DNA from: the human T2T-CHM13v2.0 reference genome, Homo sapiens
Reading direction: 5' to 3' (one strand)
Length of the DNA: 64,000 nucleotides
Assembly: GCF_009914755.1 (NCBI RefSeq)
Contig: NC_060927.1
Below are positions 13,126-27,030 of the stretch, one piece after another. Numbering within the stretch: the first letter of the stretch is position 1; the number at the start of each line of letters is the position of its first letter. Below the pieces are notes generated by a model. It made no database searches. It was not told the DNA's origin and saw only the letters and a list, made by a program, of their open reading frames with translations. A program made the position numbers and the translations under genes.

Positions 13126-13800
13126 CTGGGGCACTGCAGGGACGCAAGAAATGAGCCATGGCGGCTGCTGTAGTCATGGACCGTGAGCACCAGGCACGCT
13201 GGGCACCGAGCTAAGTGTTTCCCAGGCGCCATCTCGCGCCCCGCGTCCACAGTCCCACAAGGAGGGCTGTGTCACCAGCCACCTTCTTCCAGCCTCTCTG
13301 TGCTGGTTCCCCTTCCCCGCCCGCCCTCCTCGCAGGCCTGGCCCACGTTTCGCTCCTTCTCTAGGCCCTGCACAAAAGACTCGTGCGCTGCCCGGACACG
13401 GGCTCCCCATTGCCGCCCTTCTCCTAGCCTCCTGTACACCGAGAGGCGGCTTCCGGGACGGCCCCGAGGGTCCGCAGGATCCGTGCGCCCAGCGCCGGGG
13501 CTGGAGGCAGCAGATGCCGGGCCGGGGTCAGCCGCCGCGCGCCGTTGCCACGGCAACCGTCGCTGGGACCCCCCCCCTCCCCCCCGACCGCCCCGCCCCG
13601 CCCCGCGCGCCACGTGCAGCAGCCGGGGTGGCTGAAAGCGGGCTCCTAAGCCATCTCTTCGGATTCCTTCTTCGCAGACGCGAGCAAGCTCCTGGCACCC
13701 TGTAGTCTCTCCCTCTCCCCTTCCTGTATTCGGCCAACGACCGACATCAGGCCATTCTTTATTAACCTTTATCAAGCCAGGCCGGTCAGCGGCCATCCTC
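13110..13800. promoter_or_regulatory. Intronic CpG island with promoter-like motif cluster
   Basis: The only CpG-dense, GC-rich non-Alu stretch in the window. RFX X-box 13544-13557, GC boxes 13588-13606, CACGTG 13611-13616, YY1-like CGCCATCTC ~13228-13235. Confidence 0.88.
13544..13557. promoter_or_regulatory. RFX X-box
   Basis: GTTGCCACGGCAAC vs consensus GTTGCCATGGCAAC (13/14; both half-sites perfect). Confidence 0.8.
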
Positions 13801-13824
13801 AATTATTAAATAATACCACGTTAG

Positions 13825-14320
13825 AGGAGGCAGTGGGTGTCCCGCCCTTTTACAGATGAGGAAATTGAGGCCCAAGAGAAGGGAAAGGGGCTGCCTGAAT
13901 CACAGGATTGGAACCTGGGCCTGCCTGATGCCAGAGTCCACCGGAGACTCCGCCAGGAGCTTCCTGGGTCTATCCCTGATCCCCACGGTTCCTGCGGAGT
14001 CTGCCCCTCATCAATAGGCCTTTTGGGTTCTGCAGTGCCAAAAGCTGGATCTGGGATCAGACTTGGCTGAGTTCAGAGCCTGACCTTGACGCTGGCTAGC
14101 TGTGTGACCTTCAGCAAGTCAGTCAACCTCTCTGGGCCTTGGTTTTCCCATCTGCAGGATGGAGGAAGTAAGAGCAGACATTTTGGAGCTGTGTGCTTCC
14201 CCGAATTGTCTCCTTGAACCTATGCTACAGCCTTAGGAGGAAGTTACTACTATTATCCCGTTTTGCAGAGGAGGAGACTGAGCCACAGAGAGGTGAAATG
14301 ACATGCCTAATTTCATGTAA
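13825..14320. mobile_element. Three MIR fragments (-, +, -)
   Basis: ttttacagatgaggaaattgaggc; gctgtgtgaccttcagcaagtc; attatcccgttttgcagaggaggagactgag. Confidence 0.75.
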
Positions 14321-15782
14321 ATATTAAGAAATCTGTTGGCCCCAAATCTTATACCACGTTGCCAGAGAGATGAGTGCCTGCCATATGTACTATACCAAGT
14401 GAGCCAGGTTTTTACGCTCTGTCTTTCGCCACCTCACGATTATTCAGGGTAGTAAAGGCCAGGCTTAGAACAGAGAATCAAAGCATATCAACTCCGAAGG
14501 CTTCCCTGAAGCAAATTTTATCTGCTTGCAGCTTTCTAGGGGATGGGGGAACACATATGCTGGGAAGGCAGTGCTGGGTGAAATGACTGGCATCTCCCAC
14601 ACTGATTCTCACCACTACCAGCTCCTCCAAAAAGGAAGCACAGTATATTGGCTAGTACTTTGAAAAAAATAAGAGTTATTTAATAATGATGATGCTATCA
14701 ACCAGGAAAATTTTCTTCTATGTAAGAGGAAATGATAAGGTCCCCAACACACTAGGGAATTAGCATTGGATATACATGCACGGCTGAAGAAATTAAAGAA
14801 AGGAGTCCCACTTCCCACAGTGGTCTGAAAGCAGAAATCCAGCTCTGCAGCCCCCTGACCACCCCTACCTAGAGTGCTAAACCAGTGCCCCTGAATAGGA
14901 AGCAGGCAGCAGAAAGCAGAATGGGAGGGAGAGAGGGTTTTCCCATAGCATCTGTGCTGTGTCCAAATAATAGCCATTCCTTCCCATGAAGAAGTCAGAC
15001 AGAAGCTGCCTCCACACCTTCCAGATGTTCAGTGAAATGCAAAGAACAGCCAGAGTGAGGCCACGCCTCCTCCTACCAGAGACTGAGTTAAAGCTGGCTG
15101 GGTGTGATCAATTTCAACACGAGATTAATATTCACGGTTTTGCTGCCCAATGGTCCCTGAAGAATCAGATCCATTTAAATGAGAAGAGATCAGGATTCAT
15201 TAATGCTGAATTTCCAGCTGCGTCCTCTGACTGATGATGTTTATCTTTATGTTTTTAATCATACTTTCCTCCCAGAGCTAAAATAGAAGTCAGAGAACTG
15301 GGGGCCTGCTGGAAACATCTAAATCTTTCCCAAACTTCACAGCCATCTTTACAATGTGCCCCTTCTAAAAACTACCTGCTGTATATTTGTCTAATATATT
15401 TCTTTAAATCATCTTACTTTTTACCTGGGATGCTTTATGGTACCACCATAAATGGAACCCCCCACACACAAAAAATGTGCCACTAATGGAATGTAACTAT
15501 AAAAATAAACACAATGAACACAAAATAATGTTATTAAATTATACCTAGATTCTGTAGTCTGAGACCTGATTTTTTAATATAAAAGGAGTTTAGCAAGTAA
15601 GTATTCAAGCAAGGGTTGAAGACATGCTAGCACCTAAGAGCAACTTTCTCATTGAGGTAATCAAAAAGGTTGAAGGCAGGAAGGGTTGAAGGAGGACTAA
15701 AAAGAAAATAACTATCTGTTGTCATGAGTTATGTTACTTAGTTCTGTCTCTGCGGACCACCTAAAATCATCCTGTATATATA

Positions 15783-16120
15783 CAGATTGAACATCCCTGA
15801 TCCGAAAATCTGAAATCCAAAATCCAAACTTTTTGAGCACTCACATGATGCCACAAGTGGAAAATCCCACACGTGACCTCACAGGACAGGTCACGGTCAA
15901 AACTTAGATACACAACGCACAGTTTATTTAAAAGATTGCATGAAATTACCTTCAGGCTATGTGTAAAAGGTGTATATGAAACAAATGAATTTCATGTTTA
16001 GACTTGGGCCCCATCTCCAAGATGTCTTATTATGAATGGGCAAATATTACAAAATCCAAAAACTCCAAAATTTGAAACACTTCTGGTCCCAAGCATTTCA
16101 GATAAGGAATACTCAACCTG
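15783..16120. mobile_element. MER46C/Tigger4-type TcMar MITE
   Basis: TIRs cagattgaacatccc / ggaatactcaacctg with TA TSD (15781-82, 16121-22). Confidence 0.85.
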
Positions 16121-16401
16121 TACCAACAGTAGTGCTCATGCCTCATCTTCAAGAAACAGTGATTGGCCCAACCTCTTAATTCACAAGAGGAGAAACTGAG
16201 GAACAGAGACCCACACCCCAAAGCTGTACCAGCACCTGTGTCTCCCAGCTGCTTGGCCAGTGCTCAACCCTTTTGTCCATAGTTCTTCATTTGCAAATCC
16301 TTTCTGCCCTGTTGTTACAAAAGGCAGCTAGCACAGCACCAGTGCCTGCCACCAAGTTGGTTCCTCACAAATCTTTTTAAATGAATAAATGAAATGTTGT
16401 A

Positions 16402-16888
16402 TGTGTTAGGCTGAATAATGACCCCCAAGAGACATCCAGTTCCTAATCCCTGGAACCTGGGAATGTTACCTTCAATGGCAAAAAAGGACGTTGCAGATGT
16501 GATTAAAATTAAGGATCTTGAGGAGATTATCCTGGATCATCTGGGTGGACCCTAATGCAATTACAAGTGTCCTTACAGGAGAGAGAGGGGAAAAAAAAGA
16601 AGATTTGTCACAGAAGAGGAGGAGGCAGTGTGACCATAGAGGCAGAGATTGCAGTGATGCAACCACAAGCCAAGGAATGCTGGTAGCCACCAGAAACTGG
16701 AAGAGACAAGGGACAGGTTCTCCCCTAGAGCCGCTGGAGGGAGTGTGGCTCTGGCCACACCTTGATTTTGGATTGGTGAAGCTGATTGCAGACTCCTTGC
16801 TTCCAGAACTGTGAGAGAATAAATGCGTGTTGTTTTAAGTCAGCAAGTATGTGGCAATTTGCTACAGCAGCTATCGGAAACTAGTATA
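16402..16888 (+). mobile_element. MLT1D solo LTR (ERVL-MaLR)
   Basis: aataatgaccccc...ccctggaacctgggaatgttacctt...ccagaactgtgagagaataaat...ggaaactagtata. Confidence 0.85.
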
Positions 16889-17296
16889 ATGTGCACTGCG
16901 CCACTCTGAAATCTCTGAAGAATTACAGAGTACAGTCTAAAGCTCTGAAGAATATAGAGTATCGTCTAAAAGGGGAATGGTATTGAATATAAGATGACCA
17001 GAAGAAGGAAGGACAATGTGTTGTAGAGGAGTCAGCTGAGGCCTCATGAAGCAAGATTTGCATGATCTAGACCAGCAGAGAGAAGGACAGGGGTATTCTA
17101 TCATACACCACCACATCAAGCATTTAATGATCACCTACTATGTCTGTGTTAGAGGGCAGCAAGAGTGATAAAAATACATATGCAACAGCATACTTTCCCT
17201 CAAGGAAATCCCAATGTAGTGCAATGGTACGGCATGCTTAAGTGAAAAAATAATTAGCAGTATGAAATGGAATAATTCTCCTTCTAGGCTCAGAGG

Positions 17297-17340
17297 CATA
17301 CACACACACACACACACATACACACACACATACATACACA
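17297..17340. repeat. (CA)n microsatellite
   Basis: Read directly. Confidence 0.93.
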
Positions 17341-17717
17341 AATGTATGTGCAGGGAGACTTATCACAGCATTGTCTATAGAAGTGAAAACTTGGATATGG
17401 CATAACTATGGAGCAGCAGAGGATTGGTTAAATAATTCTGGCACATTCACGCAATAAACTCCTATGTGGTGTAAGATTCACGTTGCATACAAATAGCCTT
17501 GGAAAATGCCCATAATATATTGTTAAATGACAAAAGTAGGTTACAAAAATAGGATGTAGGGTTTAGTCCTCCCAAAACATAATTATAGCTACCTACACAC
17601 AGAGAAAAGATAGAAGAATATACACCAAAATGTTAATCATGGTTATTTTGAGGTGGTAGGATTACAGATAAATTAATTTCATCAGTAAATATCCACTGAA
17701 CACCTATGTGCTAAGCC

Positions 17718-17935
17718 AAGGCTTAGCAGACTTTTTCCACAAGGGGCCAGATAGTAAATATTTTAGCATTTGCAGGCCATATCATCTCTATTACAACTAC
17801 TCAACCCTATCGTTACCCAACAAGAGTAGTCATAGAATACATATACAGAGGAATGCACACAACTGTTCCAATAAAACTTTACAAAAACAGGTAATGGGCT
17901 AGGTTGGCCTGTGGGCCATAGGTTGCCAACTCCTC
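17718..17935. mobile_element. MER58A (hAT-Charlie)
   Basis: aggggccagatagtaaatattttag...tgttccaataaaacttta...gggccataggttgccaactcct. Confidence 0.85.
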
Positions 17936-18731
17936 TACTAAGTAATCACTGTGTTTTTCTATATTTTCCAAATACTCTACATAATAGGCATTACTCCTCT
18001 AATAAGGGGAGAGGCAGTAAACTTTTTTAAGACACTCAATATCTATTGGCCCTGGGAAAGTAATTATTGGATCATACCACAGTGAGATGTCCTCTAGTTG
18101 TGGCAATCCCATTTCTCCCCAGGGGTTAGGCAGGCATAGGAAGGTTGCAAAAATGTGATTAGAGACCCAGTGTAAAACAATATGAAGAACACAAGATCTG
18201 ACAAAATATATCCAGATTCATTTTTTCATGTTAATACTAAATAATAACCATATCGCCTCCAGCTTATGACTCTGGAAACCTTCCCAGAAAATCTCACTTT
18301 AGTTACTGCTGGCCCTGCTGGATTCAAACCCAGAGCAGGCCAGCCCCCACTCTGCCATAGCTGTCTCCACTTTGACCCCATTAACTCACACTGAAATGAC
18401 CAGCCAGGGACAGAGCCACTAATCTTCATTGAGAGGGTGCCTCTGGCCATGTGTGCATTCACCTGACATTAATAGGGTGCAGGATGAATTCCCTTGACCT
18501 TCTGATGAGAATGCCACATGGAAGAATATCTAAGGCCACCATGCCGCCCAAATATTTTATGCACATTGCGGCTACTGCATGGGATGGAAAGCCACTACAT
18601 CAGGCTGAGTGATTTATGTTTCTGAAAACCACGTTAAGTTATTACCCATGACCTCATCCTGGCAACTTTGCAAATTCTTGCCAATTGATTTTTGGAAAAG
18701 AGAGAAAGAAACAAGAAGGATCTGACTTCAG

Positions 18732-18733
<2 letters not shown>

Positions 18734-18783
<50 letters not shown>
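18734..18783. repeat. Perfect (GT)~25 microsatellite
   Basis: Read directly. Confidence 0.97.
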
Positions 18784-18784
<1 letters not shown>

Positions 18785-19970
18785 CTTTTCTTTTTAACCT
18801 TGTAAGACTCTGCAAAGATTTTCAAAGCAAATTTCAATCCATTCCACAACAGGGACTGAGATTAGATTTTCCAGGAGGTCAGCCAGCAGGGCCTGGTTGT
18901 TTGAATGAGCTTCATTTTTATGGTGCACATCAAGCAACCCCTTTCGGTCATCACTATCAATTCCTGTTGTCAGCTGGTCAAGTTTCCAAATAAACTCTTC
19001 AGGAGACCCTCTCTGCCTTTGAGGATAGATGGAGGCTGGCAAGACATAAGAAAAGGGCTCCAGCCAAGTACCTTCTCAAATGCTGAGTCCAGCAAACTTT
19101 TAGGAAAAGCCTCAGAAAAAAATACAAAATCATTATCGTTGCCTAATGGCTTAATAATGGATTGCAAGCCTGAAAGCAGATAATGTTGGAATATGCACAT
19201 ACCCTCGATCCAGTAAGGCTATTTCATACTCAAATTCCAACTTGAAAAAACGAGTTCTGGGTTAGTTCCAGCCCTGCCTCAAGGCATTAACCTCATCTGT
19301 TTCCTCATTCGTAAACTGGGATTAATGGAACCTACCTAAGAATTGTGGTAAATTCAAATTAGGTAATATTAATACATACATATGAAAGAGCTCTGTAAGC
19401 AGTAAAAAGTTACGCAAATGGGCATGATTTTTTTCCTTGGTATGATTATTATTACTATATAAGACTCTGCTGCCTGAGAATTAGCAAAAAATCTTGCTCA
19501 CACATTCACTAACTGTAATATTCACACAAGATCAACCAAACATGAAAAAGCTTATATCTCCCTTTGTAGACACATCTCCCAATGTCGTAGCAAATTTCAA
19601 TAGTCAGGCTGGAATCCAATCATTCACACTTCGGCTCAGAGTGAGCACTTACTACCCCTATATAAATCTATTTGTCCTTTTAATGCAATGTGAAACTCTC
19701 TGCCAAGCTCATATTTCATGTCTTGGGTCCTGTTACCAAAGAGGAAAAACACCTCATGTTTATTAGCTTGTCACTTGGCAGCATAATGTAGTGGGTTCTT
19801 TCTGTTCCCTGCTCTGGCAATAATTCTTTGTGAGACGTGGGGCAAGTCTCTTCACTACTCTAGGTCAGTCGGTCAGTGGATTGCCTTTGTGGTCCCACTA
19901 TGGGCCAAGCCCTGGGACTTAAATTCTGCAGAAAGCAAGGTAGTTGGATCGAGGTCCATTCCAGGACTAA

Positions 19971-20319
<349 letters not shown>

Positions 20320-21049
20320 TCAATAGCTTAATCTAACATACCTCTGTTCCCTGTTTTGCCAAAAATCAGGTTATATGCTCAACAGTCCCATAGGAATCAC
20401 CTCTGGGCCAAGGTGCCCACTACCTATCCAGATCACAGGGAGATGAACTCCAGCCTTCAGGCCTTCCGCATTCCTCTTCCCTCAACCTCCAGACATTTCT
20501 CCCCAGCACCAAAGTGGGTTGCCTAGTGCAGTCTGCTCTGGCAAGAACACAACTTAACAGATTCTAACTTCCACTGCACTGCCTGTTCCCTTCGCTTTGA
20601 CTCTCTTATGTTCTCCCTTCTGAATGAAGGAGGCTGATGTAGATTGGCTTATCAGGGAAACAAATGGATAAAATGCCACTGAATTTTGCATTGCAGTTTC
20701 CAGGACCAAGCCTTTTGGATCCTGAAAGTACTCCATAATAGAATATATAAAAATATCAACAAGGAATATAAGAGAGGCACAAATGCCAGTGATGCTGATT
20801 CCTTTCATTGTCTGTGTTTGAAAGGTTGGGGTGCACTGTCAAAACCATGATCATGACAAGGTGTGAGCCCACAGCACCCTCCCCCATAGGAAGTGTACAT
20901 GATGGCAGGCTTCTACAGAGCCCTGTCCCCATGAGTTACCCCCATTCCCACGGTGAAACTCCACCACTGCCCCAGTTTTCCCTGAGGAGACAACACCTTG
21001 ATTTTCCTGCTATTCAAGCTAGAAACTGGCCATCACCCTGACCTTGCCT

Positions 21050-21628
21050 TCCCCCATGCTCCATCCCTCCCCATCACTGTGTCCTATCCGTTCTACCAGC
21101 CCAACACTTCTTCTAAATTCACAAATTCCTCTCCATCTCCACTGCCATCATCCTAGTTAAAAATCCTCATTGTCTCTGACTTGAACAACCACAACAGCCT
21201 CCTCCTAAACTAGCCCCCACATCACTTTTCCCCCCTTCCAATATTTTCAGATCAATTCTTCTTTAGAACGCAAAAATCAAATTCATGCTACCACTAGCAA
21301 GTTCCTATTCTCCTCCCTCTCTACCTCTAGCCTAAACCTCTTCAATGGATCATGGTTGCTTTTAGGATAAAGACCAAAACCTTAATGTGCTTTTAGGATA
21401 ACAGATCAAGTCCTTTATGTGGCCTGTAAGACCTACGTGGTGTGGTCTCCACCTCTCTCCATAGCTCCATCTTGTCCCATTTGCTCTTTGTGCCCTATCT
21501 TTCAGTCCCCTAGCCTTCTCTCTTCCCCTTCAACATACCAAGTTCTTTTCTGCCTCAGGGCCTTTGTACTGATGCAGATTCCTCTGCCTGGAATGCCCTT
21601 CTCCTCTCCACCTCAGCCCCTCTCCTAT
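21050..21628 (+). mobile_element. L2 fragment
   Basis: ctctccatctccactgcc...taggataaagaccaaaacctt...ctgcctcagggcctttgtac...cctctgcctggaatgccctt. Confidence 0.7.
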
Positions 21629-21982
21629 TGATATGGTTTGGCTGTGTCTCCACCCAAATCTCAACTTAGATTGTATCTCCCAGAATTCCCACATGTTGTG
21701 GGAGGGACCCAGGAGGAGGTAGTTGAATCATGGGGGCCTATCTTTCCCATGCTGTTCTCGTAATGGTACGTGAGTCCCATGAGGTCTGATGGGTTTATCA
21801 GGGTTTTCTGCTTTTTGCTTCTTCCTCATTTTCTCTTGCCGCCACCATGTAAGAAGTGCCTTTCACCTCCCACCATGATTCTGAGGCCTCCCCAGCCATG
21901 TGGAACTGTAAGTTCAATCAAACATCTTTTTCTTCCCAGTCTCAGGTATGTCTTTTCAGCAGCGTGAAAACAGACTAATACA
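21629..21982 (+). mobile_element. THE1 (THE1A/B) solo LTR
   Basis: TGATATGGTTTGGCTGTG...CAGACTAATACA; TSD cctat/cctgt. Confidence 0.93.
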
Positions 21983-22230
21983 CCTGTCTAACTCCTATTT
22001 ATCTCAACTGTGGTATACTCACGTTTGGGGAAATTGAGTAACTACCCTATGGTTTTGCTAAGAGCATTAAATGAGATAATGCATGTAAAGTGCTTGGCAC
22101 AGTGCCTGAGTATTCAATGAAGGTTACATGTGCATTATAAATGTTTAAATCTGAAAATTCATTGTTATTCATGCCCATATAATCTTTCTCTCTCTTTTCT
22201 CTAAGTTAGTAACTTTATCTTCTACTCTAG

Positions 22231-22621
<391 letters not shown>

Positions 22622-22709
22622 TAAGTTTTTATGTTTGACTCAAATACTCAAAATCCCCTTTCCTCCTAAGACATGGCTAACCTAGTTCATATTGAACTCC
22701 CTATTTCCA

Positions 22710-23330
22710 TATTCAATCATTCATTTACAGATTCATACAACATTTATTAGCATCTGCCAGGCTCTGTGCTAGGAAAAGAATGTACAACCCTGGGAGAGAC
22801 TCAGGAGCTTCCCTTGAGGAATTCGGCAGACACTAACAAATACAAAAAATCACAACATTACAATGAGCTAAAACAGGGGTACACACAAAAGAAGAACATC
22901 AAGAAGGAAAGGAACTCAGGAAGTAGGGGAGATGGTAGGAACTAAAAGGGCCAGGGAGGTTTCACTGGGCATGCATGCCTGGCCTCAAAGGTTGGATAGG
23001 AGTTCACCAGGTGAGGAGAGAGAAGGCATGAGGGATATGGTGAGTGGGCAAAGGCCCTGAGGTCTGGAAGTATGTGACCTGTTCAGGGACTGGCGAGGGG
23101 TTCAACAAGGCTAAAAGTTAAGAAGTTTAGCAGGGCATGGAAGAAGCTCAGGCAGAAAGGGCTCCTTGTAGCCATATGGTGAATAGCCTTGAAGGCCATG
23201 TTCAGGGGCTTAGGCCTTACCCCACAGTCAATGTTACAGAAAACCTGGTGGCAGCATAGAGGCAAGTGAATCGGTAGAAGAGACTAGTTAGAAGGCTACT
23301 GCCATACTACAATTAGGGACAGGGAGACTC
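22710..23330 (-). mobile_element. L2
   Basis: attcaatcattcatt...catttattagcatctgccaggctctgtgctagg...gcaaaggccctgagg. Confidence 0.65.
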
Positions 23331-26112
23331 AACTAAGACTTATCAATCGAGCTCCTTCCATCAAGCAGGTATTCCACGTGTTGACTGACAAATCCTGGTT
23401 TGCTAACTTGTACAAGAACCCCATGCGTGGAGTGCCACAGGGCCCATCTCAAATGCAAAGGTTCTTGTAGTAGAGTTCACACACAGCATTTCCCTTAGAC
23501 TGCCCAGTTTAGAGTCCCGCTCCACCTGTAGTTGGTGATAAGAGTGGCAGTGATGTGAAGCTGCTGCTATAATAGCAGGGACTTTATAGCCCCAAGCGAA
23601 ACCAGAGGTGCAGACAGGTAACCCCAGCATCAATTTCTATAACTGATTTCAAAAATTAATGAAAAGGAAGCCAGTCTGGGAGAAGAAGTGGCCTCTAAGT
23701 GAAATATAAGTTTACATTTACCCCTCACCTGGTGAACTCCTACTCATACTTCAAGGCCCAATTCAGATGTCTCATGGGAGATGATGAGATTTCATGAGAA
23801 AGCTTGGCAGAGTTAAGGGAAGGGCTTCTTCCACACCTTGGCTTAGCACAGGGATGGTTCTAGAGCAACACAGACTGATGGGAACACAGGGGCATCTGAA
23901 GGTATGCAGACAGAGAGCACCAGGACCAGGTGCTAGAAGAGGAGCGGGAACCCCACAAGGTACACCCTGCAGGGCGCGAGGACGATGCGTCCCTCTTGGG
24001 TGCTTGGCAGGAAGCAGAGGTCAACCACAGCATGAGCAGAATTGTTCATGTACACGTGAGATGCCTCTGGAGACCTGACGCCCAGCGGTGGCAGCCTGCT
24101 GTGATGCAATTTAGGCTATGAGTGGCAGAAATGGACCCCCTCCACGCACACCTGCAGTTTGGTAAGACCAGAGACGTGTGGGATGTGAAATTAATCCAGC
24201 TAGCACTTACCAAGTACTGAATCTATACCCAACTCTACATCTGTTACTTCTAAAACTTTCCCTACAACACAGACAATACCATTCCCATTGTCAAGATGAG
24301 GAGGCTGAAGTTCAGGGAGATTAAATAACTTGCCCAAGGACACACCCCCATTTTTACTTCTTACTTTTGCAGAAGTAAACACAAAACAAGAGGAATGCTT
24401 TCTGGAAGTCAGAGCCTGCCAGGCCCCCACCTTGATTTCTTCTACTGTAGAGGACAAGAATATGGGGTTGTGGCAGCCACCAGAGAAGTGGGGTAAGGGG
24501 TCAGTAGGCTCAAGGGTTGATCATACTCCAGTCAGATTCAAAACCCATCTGTGCGAGGCAGTTTCACACACCTGATCTCATTTAACACTGACCACAAACC
24601 TACAGCAGCCTAGGACTGGGAAACGGTGGTTGAGTTAATGAACTCGGCTGTCAGGTGCTGTAGCCACAACCTGAGCCCCGGACTAGGTGAGCCCAGACTG
24701 AAGGCTCCCTGCCCCTAAATCTCAGCCACCTCAGCTTGTCACTCATCAGTGCATCAAAATCCCTGATTCTGGGCACAGAATCATTAGCCAGATGAGCCCT
24801 TCCAGGGAAGATTCCAGGCAGAATGATTCATGAGAGAGGAAAGAAAAATAACAATGTGCTCGCAGCAAGAAGCATCCAAGCGCTTCCTTTTGCTCTGCGG
24901 GAATTGGATGCATTCTGGCCCAGGTGTTTCCACACAGCCGTCCAGAGTGGTGGCCTCTGGAGAGAGGTGAAGCCTCCAGGAGAAAGGAATGCAGCCTGTG
25001 CCAGAGCCACTAAAGCAGATGACATGGGCAGGCCAGGGTCCACCAGGGCTGTGATGGGGCCCAGACCCTCAGATGGTGTCACCACACTCTGGCCTCTCCC
25101 TCCCATCTTTCAGAAGCGCCTCTGCAAAGTTTGGGAATAAAAGGCATTAAGCCTCACCTCCCACGCCTGAGATTGTCTCCAGAGCCAGGGAGGGGCTGTT
25201 TTGTTGGTTTTCTTCCTCCAAAGCCAGTGAGAGAAATACCCACGGATCCAGTTTAGCTTAAGTGTCCAAGAGAACCTCCATTAGCATCTCAGGGAGGACA
25301 ACGCTAATCACCAAGGGCATCAACTTCAGGGAGGGAGAAGGAGGAGCAGGAGGAGGAGGAGGATAAAGGGATGAGGGCGGAGATGCCTGCCTCTCCTCCA
25401 GAAACGCCGGCTTTTATTTCAGGGACTGGAAGAAGAAAACGCCCTAGAAAAACCATCAACCCCAGCATTTCTCTGTGCTAGGCAGAAAACAAGCAGAGGA
25501 ATGTGTGCTACAAGCACCAGCAATTTTGGGGGCAGTGCCTCATGGTGTCATGCAGGAAAAGAACATCTAGGAAGTCTTGTTTGTCATTTTCTTGGACTCT
25601 GGAAGCATCTTTTCAGAACAGTTTACTCCCAACCATCTCATCTGGGGAGACAGAGGAAGTGCCATGGGGTGAAGCCAGACTTGTCAAATAGCTACTTTGG
25701 CAATTATTTGAAACAGGGTACCCCCATTTCCAATAATACCTTACAACCACAGAGTGTTTGATATTTTTTTGAAATCCATTTGCATCCATTATTTATTTGA
25801 CCCCACGGGGCCTCCAATTTACAATGGAGAACCTGAGATATCAGAAGCCTGGGACGTGGGGCCTGGGACATGGGGCCTACAGACAGGTTCCTCATCTCAT
25901 AGTCCATCCTTTCTCCACTACCCCATGCTCCTCCCCAGTTCTGGGGGCCAAGTGCTTCTGGAAGAGCAATTCTGCTTCCCATGACACAGCACTTTACAGT
26001 TTGTAATCCTTCCCCAAACCTGAGAGTGGGCTGAAGAAAGAATGGATTCCTTGGAATTATGTGAGTTGAGCAGCATCAACATCATTCCCTTATTTCTAGG
26101 GAATGAAACTGG

Positions 26113-26467
<355 letters not shown>

Positions 26468-26559
26468 CTAGGTCCCAGTTAGTTGAGAGCTGGCCAAGTT
26501 CATTAACTGCACCTCAGTTTCCTAATCCTAAGCTATGACCCAGGACTTTTGATGTCCCA

Positions 26560-27030
26560 TGAGGCAGGTTAATTGCATTAATAGCCCCACTTCTTCAGTC
26601 TCTCCTTGTATCCATAATCGTTGCCATGTGTCTACAATTCCTTTCTCACTAAAGGGGCAAAATCTAGTTCCCCACTCCTTGAAACAGAGCTGCCCTGTGA
26701 CTTGCTTTGCCCAGTAGAATGTGCTACTCCAGCTACAGTCGGGCTCCAAGATGCCTTGAGTGTCTCTGTTTGCTCTTGCACCCCTGCCATCACCAGCAGC
26801 ACATGTCTGGGCTGGCCTGCAGGAGGGTGAGGGAAAAAGCAGTGGCGCTGCACTGCCCTAGTCACCTTAGCCAAACAGCCAACCTCAGACATGCAAGTAA
26901 TCCCAGCCAAGTTCAACAGAACTGCCTAGCTGACCTCCAGATAACTCCAGACATGTGAGCAATAAATACCTGTTACTGATGTCACCAAGGTGATATGGTT
27001 GTCACGCACAATTCTACGGCAGTAGCTAAC
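26560..27030 (+). mobile_element. MLT1-family LTR
   Basis: ccctgtgacttgctttgcccagtagaatgtg...cagacatgtgagcaataaat...gcagtagctaac. Confidence 0.7.

Noticed and set aside
13174-13802. Overlapping ORFs in the CpG island as protein genes
   Set aside because: Pro/Gly/Arg/Ala-rich ORFs are expected in GC-rich DNA. The Kozak ATG at 13410 is noted under findings but has no convincing in-frame donor to exon 2.
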